From NCBI GenBank assembly GCA_951406725.2, contig OX597825.1:43896001-43960000 (forward strand): a DNA stretch of 64,000 nt. The letters are read 5' to 3'. This stretch comes from Octopus vulgaris (Eukaryota). A program made the position numbers and the translations under genes. Positions 12,968 through 25,249 of this stretch are shown piece by piece (positions within the stretch are counted from its first letter, which is position 1; every line of letters begins with the position of its first letter). The notes under the pieces are model-generated. The model did no database searches, was not told where the DNA came from, and saw only the letters and a list, made by a program, of their open reading frames with translations.

Positions 12968-14230
12968 TTATGCGTGACGAAGCGATGGCGATGGCGATAG
13001 GGACATAAGGTCAGTCCAAACAGCCTTTGAATGTAGCAGTGTATCACTCAGAAAACACCTGCTGAACAGAAACGAAAGAAATGTGTACATTACATGCATA
13101 CACAAAAGTGAAAGCAACAACATCGTCAGAATTAAAGAGATGCATACACCCAAGTGTACGCATCAACAGTGCAGGTATTCTGAAAACACAACTGTCTCAT
13201 GCGACCCAAAAGATACTGAATTAGCTTACCTAAACGGAAGCTTGGGAGAGCAGCAGGCATCACACCAACAAAAAACAATGCCTAGGTATATATCCCGTAA
13301 GCTAGAGGATAACAACAGCATTGGCAGGAAGAGTAGCCTCTCCTGGACCTGTGATAGATACATTACATCCCACCTAGAAGGATATGCATTCGCTATTCAG
13401 GAACAAGAGACAGCTACTAAATACCTGATAAACAAGAGGATCAAAGATACTACCAAACCTCCACGTTGGGATAAACAATGTCAGCTCTGCCACACCAGTG
13501 TGCACCCACATCGTCAGCAGCTACCCCTAAATGCCTACGAGATACTATCTGCCCCTGAAACATGAGTATAGTTACAAAGAATATTTACAATGCTATCTGC
13601 AGGAAGTACTGCCCTGGCGTTTACATCAATGCATATCAAAACCAGGAGGTATTCACACCTTCAAAATCAAGGAATAAAACATCAATTCGGTGCAAATATA
13701 AGAACTTGATATTGTGCTGTGGGACACGGAACGAAAGTCATGCACTGTTGTAGAGGTCAACTACCCAGCAATGCGAATGTGCAATCAAAAATCCAAGAAA
13801 AATAGAACATTTATGGCAAATTAATGCGGATCTCCATAGTACCATAGTACTCTGGTACCATGACTATGAGTTCTCGTTTTTACCAATCATCATAGGTGCA
13901 TTAGTTATGTACCAATAAATTTGCACAAAAACCTAGAAATACTAGGTTTCACGGGGAAAGAGCAAAAGTAAATGACGCGGATTCTTCGAACCCAATCTAT
14001 TAGTGCAACAGTGATAATTTGGAAAATATTCCAAAAGTTCTCCATCTGAGATTCTCATGTGAATAGATGCATACACCCAAGTGTACGCATCAACAGTTCA
14101 ACCAACACATCAACTCAACCACATATTTACAAAACCCGGAAACTCTCTTAACTCAGAAAGTCATGTTGCTTTGTTAACAACTGGTTTGAACTCTCACAAG
14201 AGGAACATAAATCAAACTCAAAGAAAAATC
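12968..14230 (+). mobile_element. R4/Dong-type REL LINE, 3' part, decayed
   Basis: RYITSHLEGYAFAIQEQE, CQLC, PIIIGAL-like C-terminus, 3' UTR ending before ATAC repeats; same family as 46975-47845. Confidence 0.8.
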
Positions 14231-14384
14231 ATACATACATATGTATACATGTGTGTGTGTGTAAGATCTAAGTTCACTGGTATTTAGTAGAGAAGGCGTG
14301 TAGTTCTTGAGTCGGAAGTTCACTAAGTATAAAAAAAGGATGTGTATCGATGCATCGTACAAATGATGGAAGAATATTATCAAC

Positions 14385-14715
14385 TGCGTGACACCTTGGG
14401 CAACTGTCTTCTGCTATAGCTTCGGGCCAACCAAACTCTTGTGAGTGGATTTGGTAGGCATAAACTGAAAGAAGCTCGTCGTATATATTTATATTTGTGT
14501 GTGTGTGTGTGTGTGTGTATATTTGTGTCTGTGCCCCACCACCACCACCACCACCATCGCTTGGCAACCGATGTAGGTGTTTTTATGTCCCCGTGACTTA
14601 TCGGTCGGTTCGGCAAAAGAGACCGATAGAAGTATTAGGGTAAAAATACTTTAAGGTGGTACTCCAGCATGGCCAAAGTCAAATGTCTGAAACGCGTAAA
14701 AGAATAAAAGAATAA
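14385..14715 (+). mobile_element. SINE family A, 5'-truncated
   Basis: caccttgggcaactgtcttctgctatagc...ggtactccagcatggcc...aaaagaataaaagaataa tail. Confidence 0.85.
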
Positions 14716-14719
14716 ACGA

Positions 14720-14743
<24 letters not shown>

Positions 14744-14751
<8 letters not shown>

Positions 14752-14942
14752 GTTGTATACTGTCAATCTAACACGAACGTGATAATAGGGGGGAACACCA
14801 CCGCTGTATAGCCCTAGGAAGCAGGGCTATACAGCGGTGGTGTACCCCCTACTGTCACATTCGTGTTAGATTGACAGTATACAACCATTCTATCGCCCCA
14901 CCACCGTATATGTCTCTACGAGAGATTTAGAAATTTAGTATT

Positions 14943-14946
<4 letters not shown>
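14744..14946. repeat. ~70-bp-arm palindrome with a one-sided ~50-bp extension between (TA)n tracts
   Basis: 14744-14815 is the reverse complement of 14823-14893, loop aggaagc. Confidence 0.85.
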
Positions 14947-14987
<41 letters not shown>

Positions 14988-17900
14988 AGAACAGATGGCT
15001 GTAAAAAATATTCTGGTATTACTCATTCACCATTACATGTGTTTCATTTGCGTTTTATTTGCTAATAATTACACGATTGTACATATACGAGAAACATGTG
15101 AGACGTCTCCTATTCTTCAGACAGAGAATCATATCATATTCTTACCAAACTGCTGTAGGGAATTAGTAATAATGATAGACTCCGCTCCTATGTGACGAAT
15201 GGAATAAACTAGTTACTATAAGTAAAGAGAAGAACGTGAAATGCCAGAGTACGTAGTAGGCAGTTGGGGTAGGCAGTTGGAGTAGGCAGTAGGCAGTCGT
15301 GTTTTTACTGGTTTTTACTAAGTATACTCTATATCGAAGAGGGCGTTATAACAATCCAACTTTTTAAAGAATTCAGCAGTGGCGATGAGGATTTAAACAA
15401 CTCAAGAATTAATAAACTCTACGAGGGATTAACAACTCATGAGGAATTAACAACTCACGAGAGGATAACAAACTCACAAAGTTTTGTTGTGAATTTTAAG
15501 AAAAAAATCGTAAAACTTATGGAAAATTTGTTGACCGGTTTCCACAAGTTGCAAAAACAGCAACGACTGAACCAAGAACAACAACAATTACTATTACAAC
15601 AACAAATGCTGCAAATAAGGAAGTCGTAAGGAAATTCAGAAAAAGTATTCTCGCTAGGCTAAGTCGCATAGTTCATAACAGAGTTCAAATACGAATTCGA
15701 AGCATACTACAGAAGATATGAGCAAATCTTCGAGAAAGAATGTAAAGATTAGGACGACGAGATGAAAACGCGCTTAATCTTGAGAAAACCTGCGGCAACA
15801 GAACATGAACGATACATTAATTATGTACTCCCGATAAATCCTTCTGACATAAACTTTAATGACACGATATATATACTCTGCAAAATTTTCAGAGGTAAAA
15901 ACTCTTTGTTCAACACAACGTTGGAAATGTCTGAATATAGAGAAAAACGACGACGAGAACTACATCACATATGCTGATAGGGAGAATAGGGAATGTGAGA
16001 AGTTTAATATGGACGAATTAACACCAGATATGTTCCAATGCCTGATTTTTACACAGGGACTAAATGCATAAAAAGACGCAGAAGTTAGAACTAGAATTCT
16101 CACAAAGCTAGGGCAAAACCTGAATGTCACCCTGAAGCAAGCGTCAGAAAAATGTGAAAGGATAGTCAAATTAAGACACGACACGGAGAAAATCGAATAG
16201 AGATTAAGTGTTTTCTAAAAAAAACACGGCAAAAGTCAGGAAATAAACCAAGGTTTTACATGTGGAGGTATACACCTGAGAGAAAATTGTCCAGTTAATA
16301 AAGCTGAGTGCAAATATAGGACATATAAAGGCGCACTCTAGAACGAAGATGAAAAAACGTAAGAACAAAGGAAAAAGAATAAATAGTATGTAATCCGAAG
16401 AAATGGTAATACAACGATGAGGAATTTTGTAGAGGTGAAAATCAGAAATACAAGTGTTAAAATGCAGTTTGGACACTGGTAGTGATATCACCATTGTAAA
16501 CGAAATATCTTGGAAATATGTCGAAAAGCCGAAATTAATTAAATCAAAAAAGGTAGCACATGGTGTTACTGGAAAAAAGATTATATTTTTTCGGTGAATT
16601 TGTATGTAATATAACATTTTGAGGCCAAACGAAAAAGGCAAAGATATATGTATTAAAAGATTCACTTAATCTATTCAGCACAGAGTGGAATACGCGCATA
16701 AGTTTTTTCTGTGGAAATATTGTCGGTTCAGTCGAAGTTTCGAATGCGGCTGGGGGATTGAAGCAAAAAATTGCAGTAAAACAAGGTGGAACACCTGTAT
16801 GTAAGCCAAAACGAAATGAAAAATTACCCACGATAAAAAGTAAACATTATTCAAAAATAGCTGTTCCGTGGTCAGGATTACACATTAAGCGGTTCTTACT
16901 ACTTAACCCATAAAGCGCTGGGCTTTGCATTTACATGGCATGGACTGCTGAACACATTTTATGAAAATGAGACTATCATGCATTCATAAAAAACCAAAAA
17001 CTAGTTAAAATAACTTCTTAGTATATAATGGTGGCAAGTTTTACATCATCTGAAAAGTCATTAGTTACTCTATCAGTCCTTTTGCATTCTGGGGGATATC
17101 GGAGCGTTTGAGTGACATTAGACCCCAATAAACGCCCATAAATTAAAGGCATCTATCTGGGTCACGGTCGTGGTCTAAAGACCTACGCTTGATGGCCTCG
17201 ATCGTAACCCGTCGCGATTTATATATCATTGGTAGTTGATAGTTTCTGGAAATGGCCTGAAATTTGTAAATGTAAAAAAAACCAGACTCCTCAACTGTGA
17301 TAAATCTTTTACGCGAATTGTTTGCAAGATTTGGCAACCCAGACAAGATAGTGTCTGACAATGGAACACAATTTGTGTCTAGCGAATTTTTAAAATTTTG
17401 TGAAATGTTTACAGAACATGTAACTTCTGTGTCATACCATTTCAGATCTAATGGACAAACAGAATGCTTTGTCGATACCTTCAAGAGAGCCCTAAGAAAA
17501 TCGAATAAAGAAATCGCAGATGAGGTAGCTCTACAACAATTTTAAGAGTGTACTGTGTGACACCAAATCCGAATAAACCAGCAGGTAGATCACCAGTGGA
17601 GCTGACGTTTGCAAGGTATGTAAAATCAGTTTATAATAAATTGCTACCTTGCAAGAAAAGAAAAAGTGCCTGGGAAGACAAGCAACATTTCTTGAAGTTA
17701 GTGAAAAGGTGCATATGAGGGCATACAAGAATGGAAAGTAGAGTTGGGAGGATGGCGTAATTACCAAATGCTTAGGTAAAATGATGTATTGGGTAAAAAG
17801 TAGAAAAGGCATACAAAAGAGACAAGGAACCAACTGAAAAAGAGATTCGTGGAAAGTGAATCAAAGAAGTTGGAGCAACTCATGGAATGGTTGTACGATA

Positions 17901-18187
17901 CGTTCCAAGTAACAATGCCACTGTAGGTAATTGAACCCAAGCGTACAAGTGAGAGGAAAAGAAAGCATACAGAGTTCCTGGAAATAGACGCCAAGTGCAA
18001 AAACCATTACATTGTACGAAAAACACCCTCAAAAATGGGAGGTGGGGTGAATAAAAAGGAAATTATTGCTAAATAAAAGGACACTTAGGGAATTAGTAAT
18101 GATACATCCCTCCCATGTGATGAATGGAATAACATAGTCACTATAAGTAAGAGACGTGCGTGAAGTACTAGAGTACGTAGTAAGTGG

Positions 18188-19005
18188 AGGCAGAAAAAGA
18201 AAAAAGAAGTAGAGAAAGAGGTTGTGAAGGAAGTCAGAAGTGAGGAAGGTGAAATGATGATTGACAAGGAGATTGGAAAGGAGCTTGAGGAGGAGCTCAA
18301 GGAGGAGTTGCAGAAGGATGAGGCAGAAGCAAAGACATTGGTTACACTAGTGGAGGAAAAGGAGTAGGAGAACAACTGTATGAAGGAGATATGGAGAGAC
18401 TATTCAGATTGTAGGAGGAAAAGAAAAGTACCAGGAGTAGAGCAGGAAAGGGGAAAACAAGTAAGAAAAGCGAAAAAGTATCGATGGAATTTTGTGACTT
18501 ATGCTAAAAATAAACTGAACGGAAAATAATGAAATTTAAGTCCATTATGAGGGGGAAGCTGCCCACAGATGTGTATTCGGAGAACGTGAAGGCCATTGTG
18601 GTCGACAAGGAGAAGTACAAGCTGAAAGATATGTGGAAGAGGAACTGATCCGCTCGGAGTGACGGTGGAAATCGATGAATTTCCACCAGTGGTAGAAATG
18701 AAAGATCTCGAACCTTTTATGAAATAACAAAATAAAAAAGTAAAATTGTTTTATTAGGAAAAGGGGGAAGTAAAATTGTTTTGTTTTTTAAAAAAGAAAG
18801 AAAACGATGATAAGGAAAAAAACAAAAGGGAAAATGAACGATTATAAACAACATATTTAAATGTTCAGATGGTACAGCATAGGAATGGGGTCCATGCAGC
18901 CATTTCATTTTCATCATTATATAACATCATTTTCATTCGTCTTGTGTTTTTTATCCCCACTGTGGTGTCCCCTCTGTGTTCTGATCGTAGTGCCAAAATA
19001 AAGAA
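18188..19005 (+). mobile_element. 5'-truncated Tx1/L1-type non-LTR insertion in the Gypsy 3' LTR
   Basis: 18-bp TSD agagtacgtagt(a/c)agtgg at 18170-18187 and 19006-19023; Glu/Lys-rich decayed coding stretch; 3' end cccac...ctgtgttctg...gtgccaaaataaa resembles the tail at 20143. Confidence 0.7.
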
Positions 19006-19061
19006 AGAGTACGTAGTCAGTGGGCAGAATTAATCATGTCTTTACTGGTTTTGACTAAGTG

Positions 19062-19528
19062 CAGTAATCCCTCGATTATCGTAGGTGTTGCGCTGCAAAA
19101 CACCCCGTGATAGGTGAAAATCCGCGAAGTAGAAACAATACTGTACTGTATATTTTTTAATTATTTTTATAATTAGTATATTTTTGTTTTATTATAAATG
19201 CAAAGCAACACCACACACTCGCCTCCTGAGTTCCGTTTTCCTTACAGTATGTGCGATTCTTTGTTTACTTATCCACGGTATACTGTGTATTTCCTTCTAA
19301 TATATTTTAATTAATATGTTATACAGTGCAGTACTGTACTGTGCTTTTATTTATTAATTTATTTTTAGGCGTGAAAATGCTGGTTTTACCACAGAAATAA
19401 TTAAAATCTAAAACAACATAAATACCTATCGGTCGCAGGAGCCCGCGATATACTGAGAAGTACGCGATATAAATCCGCGATGTACTGACCGCGTGATAGG
19501 TGCACCGTGATATGACGAGTGCCTACTA
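19062..19528. mobile_element. Tigger/pogo-like MITE in the Gypsy 3' LTR
   Basis: Starts CAGTAATCCCTCG; decayed inverted end gacgagtgcctacta followed by TA; absent from the 5' LTR. Confidence 0.75.
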
Positions 19529-20142
19529 TATACAATCCAACATTTTAAAGATTACAGCACAAACATTAATACCAAAGAATTTTTCCACTCTCCTGCTTTG
19601 ACATGTAATAACCCTGCAAAGAAGTATCTTCAACTTTTCTGCATGCCTCACACAATAACATCTACATACAATTTTGGAGTAGTGGAATAAGCAGATACGC
19701 TTCATGAGGACACTTCTTGAATGTTAGCACTATCTACATACTACACACACACACACATTTTTATTCTTTTACTGCTTTCAGTCAGTTGATTGCAGCCTTG
19801 CTGGAGCACCGACTTGAAGGGGTTTGGTGTTGATTCATATCAACACCAGGACTTTTTTTAAACCTACTACTTATTCTATCGATCTCTTTTGCCAAACCGC
19901 TAGTTAACGGGGAGATAGACATAACAACACCGGTTGTCAAGCGGTGATGGGGGGACAAACACAGACACAACGATACATATAAATATATATACATACATAT
20001 GCGACGGGCTTCTTCCAGTTTCCGCCTACTAAATCCACTCAGAAGTTTTTGGTCGGCCCGAAGCTATAGTAGAAGACACTTATCCAAGGTGCGATGCAGT
20101 GGGACTGAACCCGGAACCATGGGGATGGGACACAAGCTTCTT

Positions 20143-21945
20143 TATTTCATTCAATTTGCCACAAGGGCAGTACACAGATAGAAGCTTGTGGGCTGGACAT
20201 GGACAGGATGAGATGAAATGAAACGAAATGATGCGGATGAGAGGGATGTCGGCGCCCACCGACTGACAAACCCTCGAATACAAAGTTTCTTACAACAATA
20301 CAAAGTTTTTTTACAGTTCTCTTTGTCAGGTCCCTCAAGCAATGTGACTTGCCGCCTGCAGACAACACTGCATCGACAAGTCGGGGCCTGCAAAGAAGAA
20401 AGCAAATTCTTCCTTGTCAAAGGTCGCTGTGACCTTTGACAAAATTCTTTCAGTTACTACCTCCGCAGCCACCTGCGGAGGCCATATCGGACTACTTGAG
20501 CAGACCAAGTACACACGTTCTCGGTCATCCAAGCCGTCCATAAATTTACTCACCGTCCCTCCCTCGTGGTAAAAGAGGAGAAACACCTCCTCTTCACAGG
20601 AAGGGACCTCACACTGCTCCGTCAGTGGCACACTTCCCACTGACGGAGCCCTATCCGCAGGTGGCACACATCCCACCTGCGGCTTCCTCGGCGGCCCAGG
20701 AACATCCGCCGACCGTCCTCTACTCCTCTTCTTCCTCTTTCTTTTTGAGTCTGCGGGAGCAGGGGGCTGCGTCGACAGACGCGGGGGGTCAGTACCCTCC
20801 TCCGCCGCCTGAACATTCTTTGGTGGGCAACCATTGTTGCTCACCTTTCTTTTTCTTTTCGTGGAAGCAACTTCCTCCACGACTTCCACCGTCTCCCCCT
20901 CCAATGAGGGGGCGGCGGGCAACTTCTCTTTCTCATGCTCCAGGGCACCACCACGGCCCCCTGGACAGTTCCTTTTGATATGGCCAGGCTCCAGGCACAG
21001 TTGACACTTGGGGGGACGTCCCTCGAGTATCATTGGGTACCTGTACCCGGCCATTTTTAGGAAATCCGGAAACATCATGTCTCCCACGGCCACCGGGGTC
21101 CACATGGTCAAAGTTGCCTTTGACCCCTCCCAGCCGACCGCGGGAGTAATCTTTACACTCAATAGCCTGGGCCCGCTATCCCCCAGGCCTCGCCGGATGG
21201 TCTCCTCGATCCATCCCGCCTCCGTGCCCGGGGGCAGCCCGCATACCCAGGCTCTTCTTATCTTCCTTCCACAATAAGTGGAGAGGAACAAAATTTCATC
21301 TCCATCAAGGGGCTCGCTGACAAATCTGCCAGCTTCCTCGGGGGTACCAAACAGCAACCACACCGTCCTCTTCTCAAGATCTTTAATCCATTGCTTAGGT
21401 GGGACCACCTCCCATTCTAAGGCACTTTTTGCATTTGCCATGTTTCAAAGTCAATTAAAAAGAAGAAGGAAAGTCCAAATGAATTTACAAGTCCAAAAAG
21501 AAAATAAATAAGTCAGTTCAAAAAATATGAAAAAGATAAATTCAAAAGAAACGCAAAAACAGCTCCAAAAAGAAAGTAAATAAACAGAAGGATAGAGAAA
21601 AGAAAAGCAGTTCACACAGCAAACATCAATGGCCAACAGGTACTCCTGGCCAACTTCGTAGGTTCAATGGTAATCCAACAAGTTTCAATGGCAAAGTTCA
21701 GCAAGTTCGGGCGAAGATACGCCCCCTTTTTTTCCAATATAAAAACCAACAAACAGCAGCCCCCGACAGCAGGCAGAATTGCCACGGAGCCGGGCGAAAT
21801 TTATCAACACACAACCGATTACTATTTGACAAATTACATCCAGCTCAAACGAAAACAAAACCACCTACCTCGACGAGCTTAAGCTGCTGTTGTTCTTTTT
21901 TCTTTTTAGGACGGAGCTCAAAACTCACGTCCTCACTGTTTAACC
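20143..21945 (-). mobile_element. Non-autonomous ORF1-only (HAL1-like) Tx1/L1-type retroelement, ~1.8 kb
   Basis: 15-bp TSD ggacacaagcttctt (20128-20142) / ggaagcaagcttctt (21946-21960); ~500-nt 5' UTR, single ORF, ~190-nt 3' UTR, no ORF2. Confidence 0.8.
20335..21441 (-). CDS. LINE ORF1/gag-like protein, 368 aa, CCHC zinc knuckle, basic NLS-like tracts
   Basis: Uninterrupted GC-rich ORF; GRPPKCQLCLEPGHIKRNCP (C-x2-C-x4-H-x4-C); KRKRKKRSR. Confidence 0.8.
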   Translation of the reverse strand: MANAKSALEWEVVPPKQWIKDLEKRTVWLLFGTPEEAGRFVSEPLDGDEILFLSTYCGRKIRRAWVCGLPPGTEAGWIEETIRRGLGDSGPRLLSVKITPAVGWEGSKATLTMWTPVAVGDMMFPDFLKMAGYRYPMILEGRPPKCQLCLEPGHIKRNCPGGRGGALEHEKEKLPAAPSLEGETVEVVEEVASTKRKRKVSNNGCPPKNVQAAEEGTDPPRLSTQPPAPADSKRKRKKRSRGRSADVPGPPRKPQVGCVPPADRAPSVGSVPLTEQCEVPSCEEEVFLLFYHEGGTVSKFMDGLDDRERVYLVCSSSPIWPPQVAAEVVTERILSKVTATFDKEEFAFFFAGPDLSMQCCLQAASHIA

Positions 21946-22174
21946 GGAAGCAAGCTTCTTACCACACAGCCACGCCTGCGCTTATATATGTGTGTGTATG
22001 TGTATGCTTGTGCATAATATATATATATATATATTACGGAGATGTACTCGCATAGCAAGTAATTTGATCTGAGATCGTGTGCTGAAACGAAATCAATTGC
22101 AGCGTGGAAGGTGTTTATAAGCCATTTAAGAAACACACAAACGCCGTTCGATTCACTTCAACATTTAAGTTTAA

Positions 22175-22224
22175 TTTGTCAAAATATTTTCGTCGCTAAA
22201 ATCCGCGACCTGTTCACTGACAAA
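22175..22224 (-). ncRNA. Type-I hammerhead motif with G3:C8 core swap
   Basis: tttgtca GTGAACA G GTCGC ggatttta GCGAC GAAA atat TT tgacaaa; 7-bp stem I, 5-bp stem II. Confidence 0.7.
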
Positions 22225-22240
22225 AATCCGTGCTGCATCC

Positions 22241-22346
<106 letters not shown>

Positions 22347-22429
22347 CATCATCATCAACATCATCATCATCATTATCATCATCATCATTATTATGATTAT
22401 TTTAATTTTTATTATTATTATTATAATTA

Positions 22430-22467
<38 letters not shown>

Positions 22468-23055
22468 TAACGGTCACATTACATCATTAAAGCGCTACTA
22501 ATAATTTCATATGTTGAGAGAACTCAAACATATTCTTCAGGCGCAGACTACATATCATAACGAACTAAAAATTGGATAGAGGAAACGCGATGAAGCTGAG
22601 AAGGCAGCGTATAGAAAAGGCAGACAGTAAACAAGGGAAGACGAAAAACGAAACTAAAGTATCAAAAGTCAAAAAGTGCTATCTTCCTTAGGTCTTAAAT
22701 GATAAGGCTGGAAAGATATCAAGTCAGTCAGGAATAGGTGGAATTTTCCAATTCTTCAGAATATATTTATACATATTCATGCAACCACTGAAAATCTCTG
22801 ACCTGGAGTTCAATAGAAAGTAACGGATCTTTGATCTGAACAGGATCTGCGCTTTCTCAGCCAATCAAAGTTCACATTTATTCGATTCATTCGCATAAGG
22901 TATGGATTTCTCAATTACTTTCTGTTTAATCACATGCGGTGTTTCATTATCTTTCAAACTCCATGCATGACTTGCTAACTTAGTAGCTTTACTTTTGTCT
23001 CTATGTCGGAAGGAGGCTAAGCGATTGGCATAGAGATTTTTAAATTCTCCTTCTC
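22468..23055 (-). mobile_element. PLE 3' fragment (GIY-YIG C-terminus + UTR)
   Basis: Minus strand gives GEFKNLYANRLASFRH...ATKLASHAWSLKD...LLNSRSEIFSGC. Confidence 0.75.
22492..22544 (-). ncRNA. Type-I hammerhead ribozyme motif in a PLE 3' UTR
   Basis: gcgc CTGAAGA ATATGT(T)TGAG ttct CTCA ACATAT GAAA ttatta GTA gcgc. Confidence 0.75.
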
Positions 23056-25110
23056 ATATATATACATTTAACACAAATGGAACAGTAACACCCACCACCA
23101 CACCACACCACATGACTAAAGACAGTAGGGATGAGAAGGGAGAGAGGATAAAAATAAAAACCATAAATAATACTCAGAAACATGCAGGGTAATACACACA
23201 CAATAGACATATGCACTAACCTATGATACTTATGAGAAATAGAGATATAAAACAGATGTATAAAAAAATAGTAAGTAAATAAATATATAAATAGATATAT
23301 AAATATATAAGTATATACGTCACATACCTGTGATAAATATCAGACGTAGAGATAGATAAAATATATAAATAAAACTATATAAAAGACGTGGATACATAAG
23401 ACATACGAAGCGAACTCATACACACACACACACAAAATTTCATGGACGGCCATAACAATGTCAACAAGTGATGACAATATCAACAACTACCACGATGTCA
23501 ATAACAACAACAACTACCACGATGGCAACACCATGGGCGAACACACGTACACAGAGGAATAGAGGAATTGTACCATAGTTTTTTTCGGCTCTTAAAACAG
23601 CAGCAAGGGTCCGGGAACAGGGGGTGCAGCGTGTGCACCTGCACCCCCTAGAATTCTCAGTGGGTTCAAGATTAAAATTTGCAGCCACATAATCTTACCA
23701 GTTTCAGAAAAAAAATGTCTAAAATTTATCGGTATAAAATGCTTAAGTTCGATCTCGTCTCAAAACAAAGAAGAAATAGATAGTAATAAATAGAAGTGAT
23801 GAAACTGGCATAAAATTCCCTAGGGAGTTTATGACCACTAACTTTTGAAGGAAAGTAGTGTCAAAATACAAAAAAAAGTAAGTGACAATAACAACAGTAA
23901 CAACAACAAAACCAGCATGCATGGTTAATTTTGAATATATAGGATTACTTGAATTATTGAAGACAGCTCCCACCCAGATAAAATGTGTAACTCTCTCTTT
24001 CTGTCTGTCAAATACTTCCCTCCATCTTTCAGTACCACTCCCAAGTTCTTTGTAATTGGTGTTGCTAAAGACTTAAAATATGGTTGAAGACCGTTTGACC
24101 CCAGTCTAAAAATAAAACCCTTTCAAAATTCTTTCAGTCAAAACGATTTTCTCATATAGGTTGTTAGGTCCAAAATGTGCATGAATAAATTGTTTGAAAG
24201 TAAAAACTTTGAAAGGAAACATTTAATTATAAATAATTGCAAACCGAAATTACAAAATAAATTTGTAAAGCCACACATCCGCTTCTATTCTTACTCAGTG
24301 GTATCCCACACAGCTTTCAACATTTGGTGGACATTGTCTCCGTTTTCTAACCTTTCCTATCCTCTTCTTTGTAAAACATTCCCTATCTATTTCTATCGTT
24401 CTTTCTCTCTACACATCTTCTTTTCTCTCTTTACTACCTTTCATTTCCCTGTCTTTATAACCACCTCCTATCTATATTTATTGCCTTCTTTCTCTACACT
24501 TCCTCTTTCTTTCTACCTGCACTCTCAGGTCAATGGGTCTCCCCCTCCCCCCGTCCACCTTTTTGGTGCAAAACGACCATTCAATATCCCAAACCATTAT
24601 CTGCTTGACCACTGCCTGGGTAAGTTTTTTTTTTTTCAACTCCAGCCTAGCATTCACTTCAGCCTTGATTCCCCTTTTCATTTTTCATTCAATCCTTACT
24701 TTCCTTTTGTCTTTATTCTTCTCTATCTGCTCTTTTTATCCTTCTCTTGAGTTCCTTAGGAAATAGTTTCCTTTCAGCGTTACTACTAACAAATCGTATC
24801 ATAGACGTAGTTTAGGTAGAATGCATTATATATTGACGACTTTCATTTTTTATCTTGCCTTAATTCTGTCGTATTATCAATCAAAAGTCTTCCTACGTTT
24901 TATATAAAATAGTATCTGCGTCATGTTTGTTTCCAATACTGTCCTGCTTTTTCATTTTATATAGAAAACACTGATTTAATTAGTTTGATAAGTGCCTCTG
25001 CACGAAACTCTCGAACCTTCAGTCACTATGTAACTTTCACCGATCAATAAGTCTATACTTATTTGAGTCTGACTCAGCATGAGTCCTATTTTTCATGTTT
25101 GAACCACTAC

Positions 25111-25153
25111 GCCTCTGATGAGAACCCGATAAGGTTCGAAAATCGATTAAGGT
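25111..25153 (+). ncRNA. Minimal type-I hammerhead ribozyme motif
   Basis: gcct CTGATGA GAACC cgataa GGTTC GAAA atcga TTA aggt; palindromic AATCGATT stem III. Confidence 0.8.
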
Positions 25154-25210
25154 TGTTCATCTTTTTTTCAATCTTCGAAGAAATGACTAAATTTGGCCTC
25201 TTTATAAAAT

Positions 25211-25248
<38 letters not shown>

Positions 25249-25249
25249 T

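Larger units (their letters stand above)
15151..19559 (+). mobile_element. Gypsy/Ty3 LTR retrotransposon, decayed, no RT-RNase H visible
   Basis: TGCTGTA...TACAGCA termini; 5-bp TSD CAAAC (15146-15150, 19560-19564); 5' LTR 15151-15378; PBS TGGCGATGAGGA at 15380; PPT ~18031-18047; gag (HERYINYVLP), protease (DTGSDITI ~16473), integrase (LFARFGNPDKIVSDNGTQF...SNGQTE). Confidence 0.9.
19760..21982 (-). mobile_element. Full-length SINE family A split by the 20143-21945 insertion
   Basis: Body 19760-20142; head 21946-21982 (gcgcaggcgtggctgtgtggtaagaagcttgcttcc, A-box-like). Confidence 0.85.

Noticed and set aside
15395-15480. Short spaced repeats as a CRISPR-like array
   Set aside because: Degenerate tandem repeats in a Gypsy leader, with no unique spacers and a eukaryotic context.
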